A stretch of DNA of 64,000 nt. Source: Dialister sp. UBA7295 (GTDB lineage: Bacteria > Bacillota > Negativicutes > Veillonellales > Dialisteraceae). Positions within the stretch are counted from its first letter, which is position 1. The number at the start of each line of letters is the position of its first letter. A program made the translations under genes and the position numbers. Under the pieces are notes generated by a model. It saw nothing but the letters and a program-made list of their open reading frames with translations, was not told the origin of the DNA and did not search any database. Positions 34,721-43,338 of the stretch are shown piece by piece. The stretch covers positions 78,463 through 142,462 of the forward strand of contig DKQZ01000032.1 of assembly GCA_002471975.1 (NCBI GenBank), in the 5' to 3' direction.

Positions 34721-34750
34721 TTGACAAATTCGGGGGGGTAGTACTATATC
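34721..34750 (+). promoter_or_regulatory. Adhesin promoter with a G7 tract in the -35/-10 spacer
   Basis: TTGACA-AATTCGGGGGGGTAG(15)-TACTAT. Confidence 0.6.
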
Positions 34751-34815
34751 TACAGATAGCATGACAGATGCCTCTGTGGGTTTAAACACATAGTCCTTAA
34801 CAGGAGGTATTTATC

Positions 34816-37401
34816 ATGCGAAAAAACAAAAAATTACTTCTTACAGCCGCTGTTTCAGCGGCTCTTTTATTTGGTGGTTATGAAGTATCTAATGCCTATA
34901 CATACTCTGGAGTAACAACCACTGTAAATAAAGTAACGGAAGATACTAATAATTTTATGGCATCTAATAATTCCCAAATAACGTCTACCGGGGATTTTTC
35001 TCCTGATACGGGATATAAAGATCCTGATACAATAACTACTTCACCAAAAGAAATTACTATGTCTTTATCTTCATACAATTATGGTTTTGAGGCTGAAGCA
35101 GATGAAGGCTTTGACGGATATGTACTTAGAAATGTTCCCTCAAATATGCCGGATTCTATTGGTAATGAATTAATTAATATTTTGACAAATCCTGATTCTG
35201 TTTGTGATGAATCTAGTGAAGATACGGCTCTCAAAGCTTTTAATAATAAATATGGTACCAACATTACGTATGGTATAGAATATGAAGCTGCTACTCCAGG
35301 TTTTACCAATTTTTACTACGCTCTTACTAGTTTAGTATGGGGAAATCAAGGAAAGAGTAACCCGGGAGAATTAAAAGAATACTACAAATACGAAAACGGT
35401 AAAATTTATTGTCGTAGTGACAGATCAAGTAATAACTGGACAGTAGCGGACATTGAATCTACAGGTGATTCAGTACCTAATTTCCACTATACAACAGATG
35501 TAACCACAACTGTTCCTGGTACATGGCATAATACCGGTGATGCGTCCATTACAATCAATAATTCCAAAGTAACCGGGCAGAAAAATTCTGCTACCACGAA
35601 AGCCGTTAATGTCGCTAATAACAGTACATTAAATGTTTCAGGAAACGTAGATTATGGCAGTCTTTCCGTAGCAAATTCCAATATTACGGTAGGAGGCAAT
35701 GCTTCTATCGCTTCTGGTGGACTTAAGACTACAGGTACCTCAAAGGTAGATGTCTCCAATGGTACACTTACCGTGGGTAGCGGTGCCGTAAATATTGCTA
35801 AAGGAGGAATCCTTAAAGCAAAGGTATTAAGAGCTGCTGCTACAGGAACAGAAACTTCTGTTATTGGTTCTTCCACAAACATTCAAGGTACACTGACCGT
35901 GGCCGGGCAGGTAAAAGGAGTTACTGCTGGTACTGCTTCTACAGATGCTGTCAATAAAGGCCAGTTGGATTCTGCTGTAAATACATTGACTACCAAGATT
36001 GGCCAGGGTGGTAAGACCTATACGGCTGGCTCCGACATTGATATCTCCTCTGCCAACGCTATTTCCGTCAAGAAGGCCGGACTCATCGCTTCCGGGAACA
36101 CGGGCCTTGTTACCGGTGGCACTGTTTATTCAACGACCAATGCTCTGAATACCCAGATCAAGACCACCTCCCAGGAAGTGGCGAAGATCTCTGATAAGGT
36201 CTCCTCTTATGGTAAGACTATTACGTCTATTTCTTCTTCTGTGACCAGCGCTATCAGCAACATGAAGAACAATCAGGCTAATTTTGTGGATACTTCTCTT
36301 TCTAACATTTCAAACGATGGCAGAGACGTAATCAAGCAGGTGGTAAGGGACGTACTGGCAGCTAATACCGCTTCTACCGCATCCACTACTGCTTCTGCTA
36401 AGGCTAATTTTTTGAAGGCAAGCTTTATGGCTGCTCCTATGAGGGCCCCAGCCAGCCTTTCTGCAGGGGATCATGTAACCATTTCCGGCAATACCATCTC
36501 TGTTGATGCGGACGGTACTGTTGCTTCCGGGGACACAGGCCTGGTCACCGGTGGCACTGTCTATGATGCAATCAAAGACAAGGCAGATAAGGCCTATGTT
36601 GATGAGGGCCTTGCCAAGAAAGCGGATATTTCCTACGTTGACCAAGGACTCTCTCAGAAAGTTAATGTTTCCGATTTTACTCCTGTTAAACAGCAGGTGG
36701 AAACCAACACTACGGATATCTCCGCTTTAAAGACAGGCAAAGCCGATGCGGACGGTTCCAACATCAATGTGGGTTCATTCACTGCCAAGCTCAACACAGG
36801 TAAGGTGGAAAAAGGCAACACCGGCCTTGTATCCGGTGGTACCGTCTATGAGTCCCTGCAGACCAAAGCCGACGTAGGATACGTCAATACCATGGGATTG
36901 GCATTGGATAGCGAAATCAAAGGCACCGCCCAGGGGCTTCATAATGAAATTCAGGACATGGGTAACCGGCTTACCAAGGATATCAACAGGGTAGGGGCAG
37001 GAGCCGCAGCCCTGGCAGCCCTTCATCCCCAGGACTTCAATCCTGATGATAAATGGGACTTTGCCGTTGGCTATGGCCATTACAAGAATGCCAACGCTTC
37101 TGCTGTGGGTGCCTTCTACCGGCCCAATGCAGGAACCACCGTATCCCTGGCAGCTACCGTTGGAAACGGTGACCCACAGGTCTCTGCCGGTGTTTCCTTC
37201 AAAATTGGCATGGGAAAGAATGTCGAAAAAGTCATGGTCAATAAAGATGACTATGATAAACTCAATCGGAAAGTAGAAAGCCAGGCAGTAGAAAATAAGG
37301 AAATGAAAGAGGCCATGAATGCTCAGGGTAAAGAAATATCTGAACAGAAGGCTGAAATTCTGAAACTCAGAAAGGCCATTGAAGCTTTATCCGCTAAATA
37401 A
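34816..37401 (+). CDS. YadA-like trimeric autotransporter adhesin
   Basis: Signal peptide, neck motif TDAVNKGQL, 3x G[ND]TGLV[TS]GGTVY, anchor GAGAAALAALHP..AVGYGHY..AVGAFYRPN..AGVSFKIG, then coiled-coil tail. Confidence 0.9.
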   Translation: MRKNKKLLLTAAVSAALLFGGYEVSNAYTYSGVTTTVNKVTEDTNNFMASNNSQITSTGDFSPDTGYKDPDTITTSPKEITMSLSSYNYGFEAEADEGFDGYVLRNVPSNMPDSIGNELINILTNPDSVCDESSEDTALKAFNNKYGTNITYGIEYEAATPGFTNFYYALTSLVWGNQGKSNPGELKEYYKYENGKIYCRSDRSSNNWTVADIESTGDSVPNFHYTTDVTTTVPGTWHNTGDASITINNSKVTGQKNSATTKAVNVANNSTLNVSGNVDYGSLSVANSNITVGGNASIASGGLKTTGTSKVDVSNGTLTVGSGAVNIAKGGILKAKVLRAAATGTETSVIGSSTNIQGTLTVAGQVKGVTAGTASTDAVNKGQLDSAVNTLTTKIGQGGKTYTAGSDIDISSANAISVKKAGLIASGNTGLVTGGTVYSTTNALNTQIKTTSQEVAKISDKVSSYGKTITSISSSVTSAISNMKNNQANFVDTSLSNISNDGRDVIKQVVRDVLAANTASTASTTASAKANFLKASFMAAPMRAPASLSAGDHVTISGNTISVDADGTVASGDTGLVTGGTVYDAIKDKADKAYVDEGLAKKADISYVDQGLSQKVNVSDFTPVKQQVETNTTDISALKTGKADADGSNINVGSFTAKLNTGKVEKGNTGLVSGGTVYESLQTKADVGYVNTMGLALDSEIKGTAQGLHNEIQDMGNRLTKDINRVGAGAAALAALHPQDFNPDDKWDFAVGYGHYKNANASAVGAFYRPNAGTTVSLAATVGNGDPQVSAGVSFKIGMGKNVEKVMVNKDDYDKLNRKVESQAVENKEMKEAMNAQGKEISEQKAEILKLRKAIEALSAK

Positions 37402-37460
37402 TTTGTGTTAATTTGTTATAAAATGTCACAATTTGTGATAAATTGTGACAAATCAGCACA
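37401..37460. repeat. Phased array of degenerate 10-bp repeats containing an 11-bp inverted repeat
   Basis: atttgtgtta/atttgttata/aaatgtcaca/atttgtgata/aattgtgaca/aatcagcaca. Confidence 0.7.
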
Positions 37461-37473
37461 AAGTTCCGCAACT

Positions 37474-37504
37474 GAACCGCACTAATATCGGTGCGGTTCT
37501 TTTT
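37474..37504 (+). terminator. Terminator after the adhesin
   Basis: GAACCGCAC-taatatcg-GTGCGGTTC followed by TTTTT. Confidence 0.75.
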
Positions 37505-37583
37505 CTACATAAAAAGATAGGCAAACAAGCTTATAAGCCTTAAAATATAGAAAAGACCAATTCACAAGAAAGAGGTGGCAAGA

Positions 37584-38759
37584 ATGATTTACACCCTTAT
37601 GCAAAAGAATGAACCAGTGATGATGCTGGATATCAATGAAAAATATGGTAGAGTAAGAAAAATTATCCAAATTGAAAGTTCGGAAAGGCTGCCATTGTCA
37701 GTTATTTATAAAGATGAAAATGATTCACTGGAAGAATCTGTGGAACAATGGATGCGTTACCGGAATGTACCTAAAACCCGTGATGGATTAGGAGCTTTTT
37801 TACAGGGATTTCAGGGAGACCCTATACAAGAGCTTTCATTAAAAAGTTTGGGGTTAAATCTTTCAGATCAGTATTGGTTTAAGCCTGAAGGAAGACAACT
37901 AAACTGGGAAAGTATAAATTTCTTTCAAAATGATTTTACCGGTAAACCTCTTGAAATGGCTTTTGAGTCGGAAGAACGGAGGCCGGATTACAGTTCAAAC
38001 GGTGACTTATCAAAATACTGGACAATCAAAAATGGTGAAAGAGTGTTATTGAAAGCAGGAAAGGGCCCGTTATATCAAGAGGCAATTAATGAAGTCATTT
38101 CCAGCAAGCTTTTAGCCAAAGCAGAAATCCCACATGTTAAATATTCAATGAAAATGATTGACAATACGCCTTGGTCAGAGTGCGCCACTTTTGTGAATGA
38201 GAGTACAGAATATATTCCGGCATATGAGATTCTAAACGTGGTAAAAACACAGGAAAATGAAGGACCTTACAATCATTTCATGAGATGCATCGAAACACTA
38301 AAAATTCCTGTAACAAAGAAAGAAATAGACACTATGCTGCAGTTTGACTATCTCATCAACAATAGAGATCGGCATTTTGGTAATTTCGGATTTATTCGTA
38401 ATGTAGATACTTTGAAATTTAAAGGTCTGGCACCTCTTTTCGACAATGGAAATTCCTTATGGTTTGACAAGTACATTACGCAGATAAATCCGTATAAGCA
38501 ACCAGCATTACCTTTCGCTCAAAAGCAGGATAAGCAGTTAAAGAAAACCGACCATCAAATGGATTGGTTGAGAAAGTTAGATGATGATTTTATCCAAGAA
38601 ACCATCAAGACCGAAATGGGTAAAAACCCATATATTGATAAGAAAAGAAGCAGAAAAATAGCTGATACGGTAATAATACTGAAGAAAAAGCTAGAAGAGT
38701 ATATGACACATAGCAAGGGGATATATCGTAAAATAGCTGATCATGAGCATAGAAGATAA
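37584..38759 (+). CDS. HipA-like/CtkA-like Ser/Thr kinase
   Basis: SLSD-like LNLSDQYW, SSNGDLSKYW, LLK, NEVISS, FDYLINNRDRHFGN, LAPLFDNGNSL. Confidence 0.85.
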   Translation: MIYTLMQKNEPVMMLDINEKYGRVRKIIQIESSERLPLSVIYKDENDSLEESVEQWMRYRNVPKTRDGLGAFLQGFQGDPIQELSLKSLGLNLSDQYWFKPEGRQLNWESINFFQNDFTGKPLEMAFESEERRPDYSSNGDLSKYWTIKNGERVLLKAGKGPLYQEAINEVISSKLLAKAEIPHVKYSMKMIDNTPWSECATFVNESTEYIPAYEILNVVKTQENEGPYNHFMRCIETLKIPVTKKEIDTMLQFDYLINNRDRHFGNFGFIRNVDTLKFKGLAPLFDNGNSLWFDKYITQINPYKQPALPFAQKQDKQLKKTDHQMDWLRKLDDDFIQETIKTEMGKNPYIDKKRSRKIADTVIILKKKLEEYMTHSKGIYRKIADHEHRR

Positions 38760-38764
38760 AAAGA

Positions 38765-38880
38765 GTTGATAGAACCGGGGGAGTACTATACTTTTAGATA
38801 GCATGACAGATATCTCTATGCGTTTAAGCACACATCGAGAGGACTTTGTCATGCGAAAGAACGACAGAATTATTTTAGCA
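38765..38880 (+). repeat. Second, diverged copy of the adhesin promoter, leader and first codons
   Basis: Shares GTTGA, G-tract, AGTACTATA, AGATAGCATGACAGAT, GTTTAA.CACA and TCATGCGAAA.AAC with 34720-34845. Confidence 0.85.
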
Positions 38881-38919
38881 GGGGTTGTGAATTCATTCAT
38901 AAATATACAGCCCCTTTTT
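38880..38919 (+). terminator. Terminator-like hairpin after the second leader copy
   Basis: AGGGGTTGT..ACAGCCCCT followed by TTTT. Confidence 0.65.
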
Positions 38920-39109
38920 GTATTTTGTATGTTAATTGTTATACAGTTTACAATTTTTTAGGGTTAACAAAATCGTGCCAATTTTCAGACGTGGCACGAA
39001 TTTGGCACAAAAAATCTGAATTTTTAAAAAAATTAATTTTTTGGATACAATATGTAGTGTAAAATTGAAAAAACATCGACAATATGCGGTAAAATCTGCT
39101 TTTCGGGGG

Positions 39110-39472
39110 TTGCCAAGTCTGCTTTTAACGTGTATAATTCAAAAGAAAGTTAGTTCCAGTGGACTGCAGAATCTCCTGCCGTCGGATGAAAATGAGGGCG
39201 TCTCCTGTGGGGATGGCCAGTCATTTGTGCTGAATTCCGTTACGCCCGGAGATAAAGAAAATGAAGCAGGAGCTCTGCTATTCCGGATAGCCTGGTTATT
39301 CCGAAAGCAGGGTATAGAACCGGAATTAGCCCTGCGCCGTTTCACCATCGATTTTATGGACCGTATTCACAGATTTGAAATACGGCTGGAAGAAAACGGC
39401 ATGCATCTATCAGATGTGGCTCCCGAAAAATTAACGCAGTTATGGAATGAGTATCAGTCAGAAGACCGGTAA
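39110..39472 (+). pseudogene. mazG: MazG, 3' part
   Basis: LPSLL..IQKK..EAGALLF..A....IEPELAL....F..R...E....LTQLWNE resembles the second MazG domain; precedes hup. Confidence 0.82.
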
Positions 39473-39531
39473 TTCATCGATGGAGCTGAAGGCGGAGAAA
39501 CCGCTCATTTATTAAAGGAGGATGTTTAGTT

Positions 39532-39807
39532 ATGAACAAGACAGAGCTCATCACAGCAGTTGCCCAGGAAGCAGAAATGACAAAGAAAGATGCTGAAAAA
39601 GCAGTCAAAGCCGTTCTTGACGTTGTATCCGAAGCCCTTGTAAAAGGCGATAAGGTTCAGCTCATCGGATTTGGTACTTTCGAAGTCCGTCAGCGCAAAG
39701 CCCGCATTGGTCATAATCCTTCCAACCAGAAAGAAATCAAGATCCCGGCTTCCAGAACACCGGCATTCCGCGTTTCCAAACAGCTTAAAGAAAAAGTCAA
39801 CGGATGA
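39532..39807 (+). CDS. hup: HU DNA-binding protein
   Basis: MNKTELI..VQLIGFGTFEVR.RKAR.GHNP..IPA..PAF. Confidence 0.96.
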   Translation: MNKTELITAVAQEAEMTKKDAEKAVKAVLDVVSEALVKGDKVQLIGFGTFEVRQRKARIGHNPSNQKEIKIPASRTPAFRVSKQLKEKVNG

Positions 39808-40021
39808 TTACAATGAAAAATTCCCTGTTTTGGCAGGGAATTTTTTATTGCCTGAAATGCTGTACCATATAGAGGAAATGCAAAACGCAGAGGAATCATA
39901 TAATTTGCGGTTTCCCATTCAGGTAGAAAGTCACGAGTGTTAACAGGGGAAACTTTTCTGTTTCCCCGTCAAGCCGGGCTATGTTATAATTTATCGAAGA
40001 ATGCAGAAAAGAGGAAATGCC

Positions 40022-41125
40022 ATGTCAGACCATCCCCGCAAGTTTATTATATTGACAGCAAGCATAGGGACAGGGCACAGCCAGGCCGCAAGAGCGATTT
40101 CAGAGGCCATTCAGGCCGCCCATCCGTCAGATTCCGTAAGTGTTCTTGACTTTGTTTCCAATAATGTATTTTCTATTGACCATATCATCAAGGATAGCTA
40201 TCTGAAAATGATAGATGTTTTTCCTTCCATGTATGATCATCTGTACAGCGATTCACAGGACAGCCGTTTTGGCCGGATTTCCCAGTCCATGCTTAATATC
40301 ACCTTTAAGAACAGGATGAGAAAACTTGCACAGACCCTGAAACCGGACGCTTTTATATTTACCCATCCTTTTCCGGCAGGAGCGGCAGACCTGTTAAAAG
40401 CAGAAGGGGCTGTCACCATACCTCTTCTGGGGGTAATTACTGATTTTGATATTCACCAGCTCTGGGTGGACCCTCATCTTGATGGTTTCTGTGTGGCGAC
40501 TCCGGACTTGAAAACCCTCATGGAAACATACAGGATTCCCGGAGATATGATCCATGTGACCGGAATCCCGGTGAGACGTTCTTTTTTTGAAGAATCGGCA
40601 AAGAATAAAGATTTTGAGAAGGGAACTGTCCTTGTCATGGGCGGCGGCCTGGGCCTGGGGAATGTGGTGGATAATATCCGCCGCCTTGATGAAGTAGAAG
40701 AAATTTCAAAATTTATCGTGGTTACCGGGAAGAATCTGGACCTCTATGAAAAAGTGGCAGCTCTTTCGGATCATCTTCACCACCCGGTAGAACTTCACAG
40801 TTATACGAATAAAGTGGCCGAACTGATGGGCAGAAGCGAAATCCTGGTCACAAAGCCCGGCGCCCTGACCTGCACGGAAGCCATGGTGATGCACCTTCCC
40901 ATGATTCTTGTAAACACACTTCCCGGGCAGGAACGGGCTAATGCCCTTCATATGAAGAAACAGGGCTGTGCTGAATGGGTTAAAAGAGGAGAACTGGCTG
41001 AAACGGCAAGAAGAATTCTTCGTAATCCGGAAATTCGTAAAAAAATGGCGCTGGCCTGCGGCGATACCCATCCGGACAGTGCGAGAAAAGTCATGGACGT
41101 ACTTTACGGACTGCTCCCTGATTAG
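40022..41125 (+). CDS. MGDG synthase/UgtP-like glycosyltransferase
   Basis: ASIGTGH, THPF, VITDF, TGIPV, MGGGLG, TKPG, PGQERAN. Confidence 0.88.
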   Translation: MSDHPRKFIILTASIGTGHSQAARAISEAIQAAHPSDSVSVLDFVSNNVFSIDHIIKDSYLKMIDVFPSMYDHLYSDSQDSRFGRISQSMLNITFKNRMRKLAQTLKPDAFIFTHPFPAGAADLLKAEGAVTIPLLGVITDFDIHQLWVDPHLDGFCVATPDLKTLMETYRIPGDMIHVTGIPVRRSFFEESAKNKDFEKGTVLVMGGGLGLGNVVDNIRRLDEVEEISKFIVVTGKNLDLYEKVAALSDHLHHPVELHSYTNKVAELMGRSEILVTKPGALTCTEAMVMHLPMILVNTLPGQERANALHMKKQGCAEWVKRGELAETARRILRNPEIRKKMALACGDTHPDSARKVMDVLYGLLPD

Positions 41126-41304
41126 ATCAAAATGGAAAAGCTGCCCTGATTCAGAAGCGGGGCAGCTTTTATGATATGGAAAGTCCTCAAATACAGTTTC
41201 CGGAATGAACTGGAAGTATGACGCCGGATGTTGTAAAATAAAAAAACATGAGTATGAGTTTGAAAAGAAAACAGATTATGCTGATTCTATAGAAGGAGAA
41301 TTTC

Positions 41305-41859
41305 ATGCACGAAATTTTAGACTGGGCCTACTCCATTGTGGTGGCATTATTTCTGGCCATGCTGATTCATATATTCCTGTTTGTTCCCACCAGAGTTTCC
41401 GGGCAGTCCATGTATCCGACCCTGACGAACGGGGAGTACCTCATCGTTTCCAAAATCGGACACGTCATGCGGGAAGAACCGGAATATGGGGATATCGTCA
41501 TTATCGACAGCCGTACCCATCGGGAAAGATCCTGGATGGACGATCTGGAAGAACCGATGAAGAATTACATTGCTATTTTCAATCGTTCTTCCCAGGGACA
41601 CAATATCTGGGTCAAAAGAGTGATCGGAAAAGGCGGGGATAAGCTGGAATTCCGGGATGGTCATGTAGTCCGCAACGGAACGGCTCTTGATGAGCCATAT
41701 ATCAACGAACCCATGGAATTTTCCATGGATGGATCCTATACGGTTCCTGCAGGAATGGTATTCGTCATGGGGGATAACCGGAATCACAGCTCTGACAGCC
41801 GTTTTATCGGGCCGGTCCCGGTCGACCATGTACTGGGCCGTGTGGTATTTCAATTTTAA
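41305..41859 (+). CDS. lepB: Signal peptidase I
   Basis: GQSMYPTL, VKRVIG, MGDNRNHSSDSR. Confidence 0.93.
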   Translation: MHEILDWAYSIVVALFLAMLIHIFLFVPTRVSGQSMYPTLTNGEYLIVSKIGHVMREEPEYGDIVIIDSRTHRERSWMDDLEEPMKNYIAIFNRSSQGHNIWVKRVIGKGGDKLEFRDGHVVRNGTALDEPYINEPMEFSMDGSYTVPAGMVFVMGDNRNHSSDSRFIGPVPVDHVLGRVVFQF

Positions 41860-42020
41860 TAAAAAGTCTCTGCTTCGGCAGAGGCTTTTTCATTCTGAAA
41901 AACAGACGGGTGATTTCTCGCATATGAATATCTTTTTTTGATAAAGGGAATTATCTATGATAAAATATAAAAATCATATTGGATTCATTCTGTAAAAAAT
42001 CATTATAGAGAGGCGATATT

Positions 42021-43262
42021 ATGGCACACTGCAATGAAAATTATCTGAACCTTCAGGGCGCTTACCTGTTTGCGACAGTCCGCCAGAAGCAGGATACTTA
42101 TAAGAAAGAACATCCCGATGCCGATATTATTTCCCTGGGAATCGGTGACGTGACCCAGCCCCTGGCACCGGCAGTTATTGAAGCCATGCATAAGGCAGTG
42201 GATGAAATGGGAAAAATGGAGACCTTCAGGGGCTATGGTCCTGAACAGGGGTATCTTTTCCTGCGGGAAGCCATTGCGAAGCATGATTTCCAGGCAAGAG
42301 GCTGCGATATTTCTCCTGATGAAATCTTTGTCAGCGACGGTGCCAAATGCGATACCGGAAATATGCAGGAAATTTTCGCAGAATCTGATATCGTAGCTGT
42401 AACTGACCCGGTTTACCCGGTCTATGTGGACAGCAACGTCATGGCCGGAAGAAGCGGTAAATTCGTGCGGGGATCTTTCGAACGGTTTGAATATCTGCCC
42501 TGTTATGAGGAATGTGATTTCAAGGCAAATCTTCCTGCCCATGACCCTATGATTATCTATCTCTGCTCCCCGAATAATCCTACCGGCGCCGCATTGAATA
42601 AAAAAGACCTCACCATGTGGGTAAAATATGCAAAACAGACAGGCTCCGTCATTTTCTTTGATGCGGCTTATGAAGCTTTCATTACGGAAGATGACGTACC
42701 GCACAGCATTTATGAAATCGAGGGAGCTAAAGAAGTAGCTATCGAATTCCGGTCTTATTCCAAGACTGCCGGCTTTACCGGCGTTCGCTGCGGGTACTGC
42801 GTCGTTCCGAAGGATCTGATGCTGGATACCAGATCCGGTGAAAAGGTATCCGCCAATGCGCTCTGGGACCGCCGTCAGTGCACAAAATTCAATGGCTGCT
42901 CCTATATCGTTCAGCGCGGCGCTGAAGCGGTTTATTCGGAAGAAGGCCAAAAGCAGATCCAGGCGACCCTTGATATTTACAGAAACAATGCGAAAGTCAT
43001 TCTTGAAGGGGTCAAGGAATGCGGACTTACTGCCTGCGGTGGGGTGAACAGCCCTTACGTGTGGATGTCCGTACCCGAAGGTATGACCAGCTGGGATTTC
43101 TTTGATTTCCTGCTGAAAGAAGCGCAGATCATCTGCACCCCGGGCTCCGGATTCGGTCCCTGCGGTGAAGGTTATGTAAGGTTTACCTCCTTCAATACAC
43201 CGGAACTTACGAAAGAAGCAGTAGCCAGAATGAAAAAAGCCCTGGCAGCACGCAAGAAATGA
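42021..43262 (+). CDS. dapL: LL-diaminopimelate aminotransferase
   Basis: SLGIGDVTQP, GYGPEQG, SDGAKCD, PNNPTG, SYSKTAGFTGVRC, TPGSGFG. Confidence 0.95.
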   Translation: MAHCNENYLNLQGAYLFATVRQKQDTYKKEHPDADIISLGIGDVTQPLAPAVIEAMHKAVDEMGKMETFRGYGPEQGYLFLREAIAKHDFQARGCDISPDEIFVSDGAKCDTGNMQEIFAESDIVAVTDPVYPVYVDSNVMAGRSGKFVRGSFERFEYLPCYEECDFKANLPAHDPMIIYLCSPNNPTGAALNKKDLTMWVKYAKQTGSVIFFDAAYEAFITEDDVPHSIYEIEGAKEVAIEFRSYSKTAGFTGVRCGYCVVPKDLMLDTRSGEKVSANALWDRRQCTKFNGCSYIVQRGAEAVYSEEGQKQIQATLDIYRNNAKVILEGVKECGLTACGGVNSPYVWMSVPEGMTSWDFFDFLLKEAQIICTPGSGFGPCGEGYVRFTSFNTPELTKEAVARMKKALAARKK

Positions 43263-43338
43263 TTGACCGGAAATCTACCTTCTTATGGAGGTAGATTTCT
43301 CCATGTATTCACATATTTATGAAAAATAAGGAGTTTAT

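Larger units (their letters stand above)
34208..39113. mobile_element. 4.9-kb genomic islet inserted in mazG, TTGC direct repeat, no integrase
   Basis: TTGC at 34204-34207 and 39110-39113; removal rejoins mazG in frame (GVPKSL|PSLLL..IQKK); largely AT-rich cargo. Confidence 0.85.

Noticed and set aside
34720-38880. CRISPR array or integron attC interpretation of the islet repeats
   Set aside because: Only two diverged copies 4 kb apart, no regular spacers, no cas or intI gene and no attC box structure.
38992-39006. Sigma54 promoter TGGCACG-AATT-TGGC
   Set aside because: GG-N10-GC spacing fits, but the -12 is not TTGC and no intact gene follows; better explained as part of the TGGCAC repeat cluster.
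39041-39109. N-terminus of the 143-aa ORF as a stand-alone gene
   Set aside because: The first 23 codons come from the islet end and lack an RBS; MazG similarity starts at 39110.
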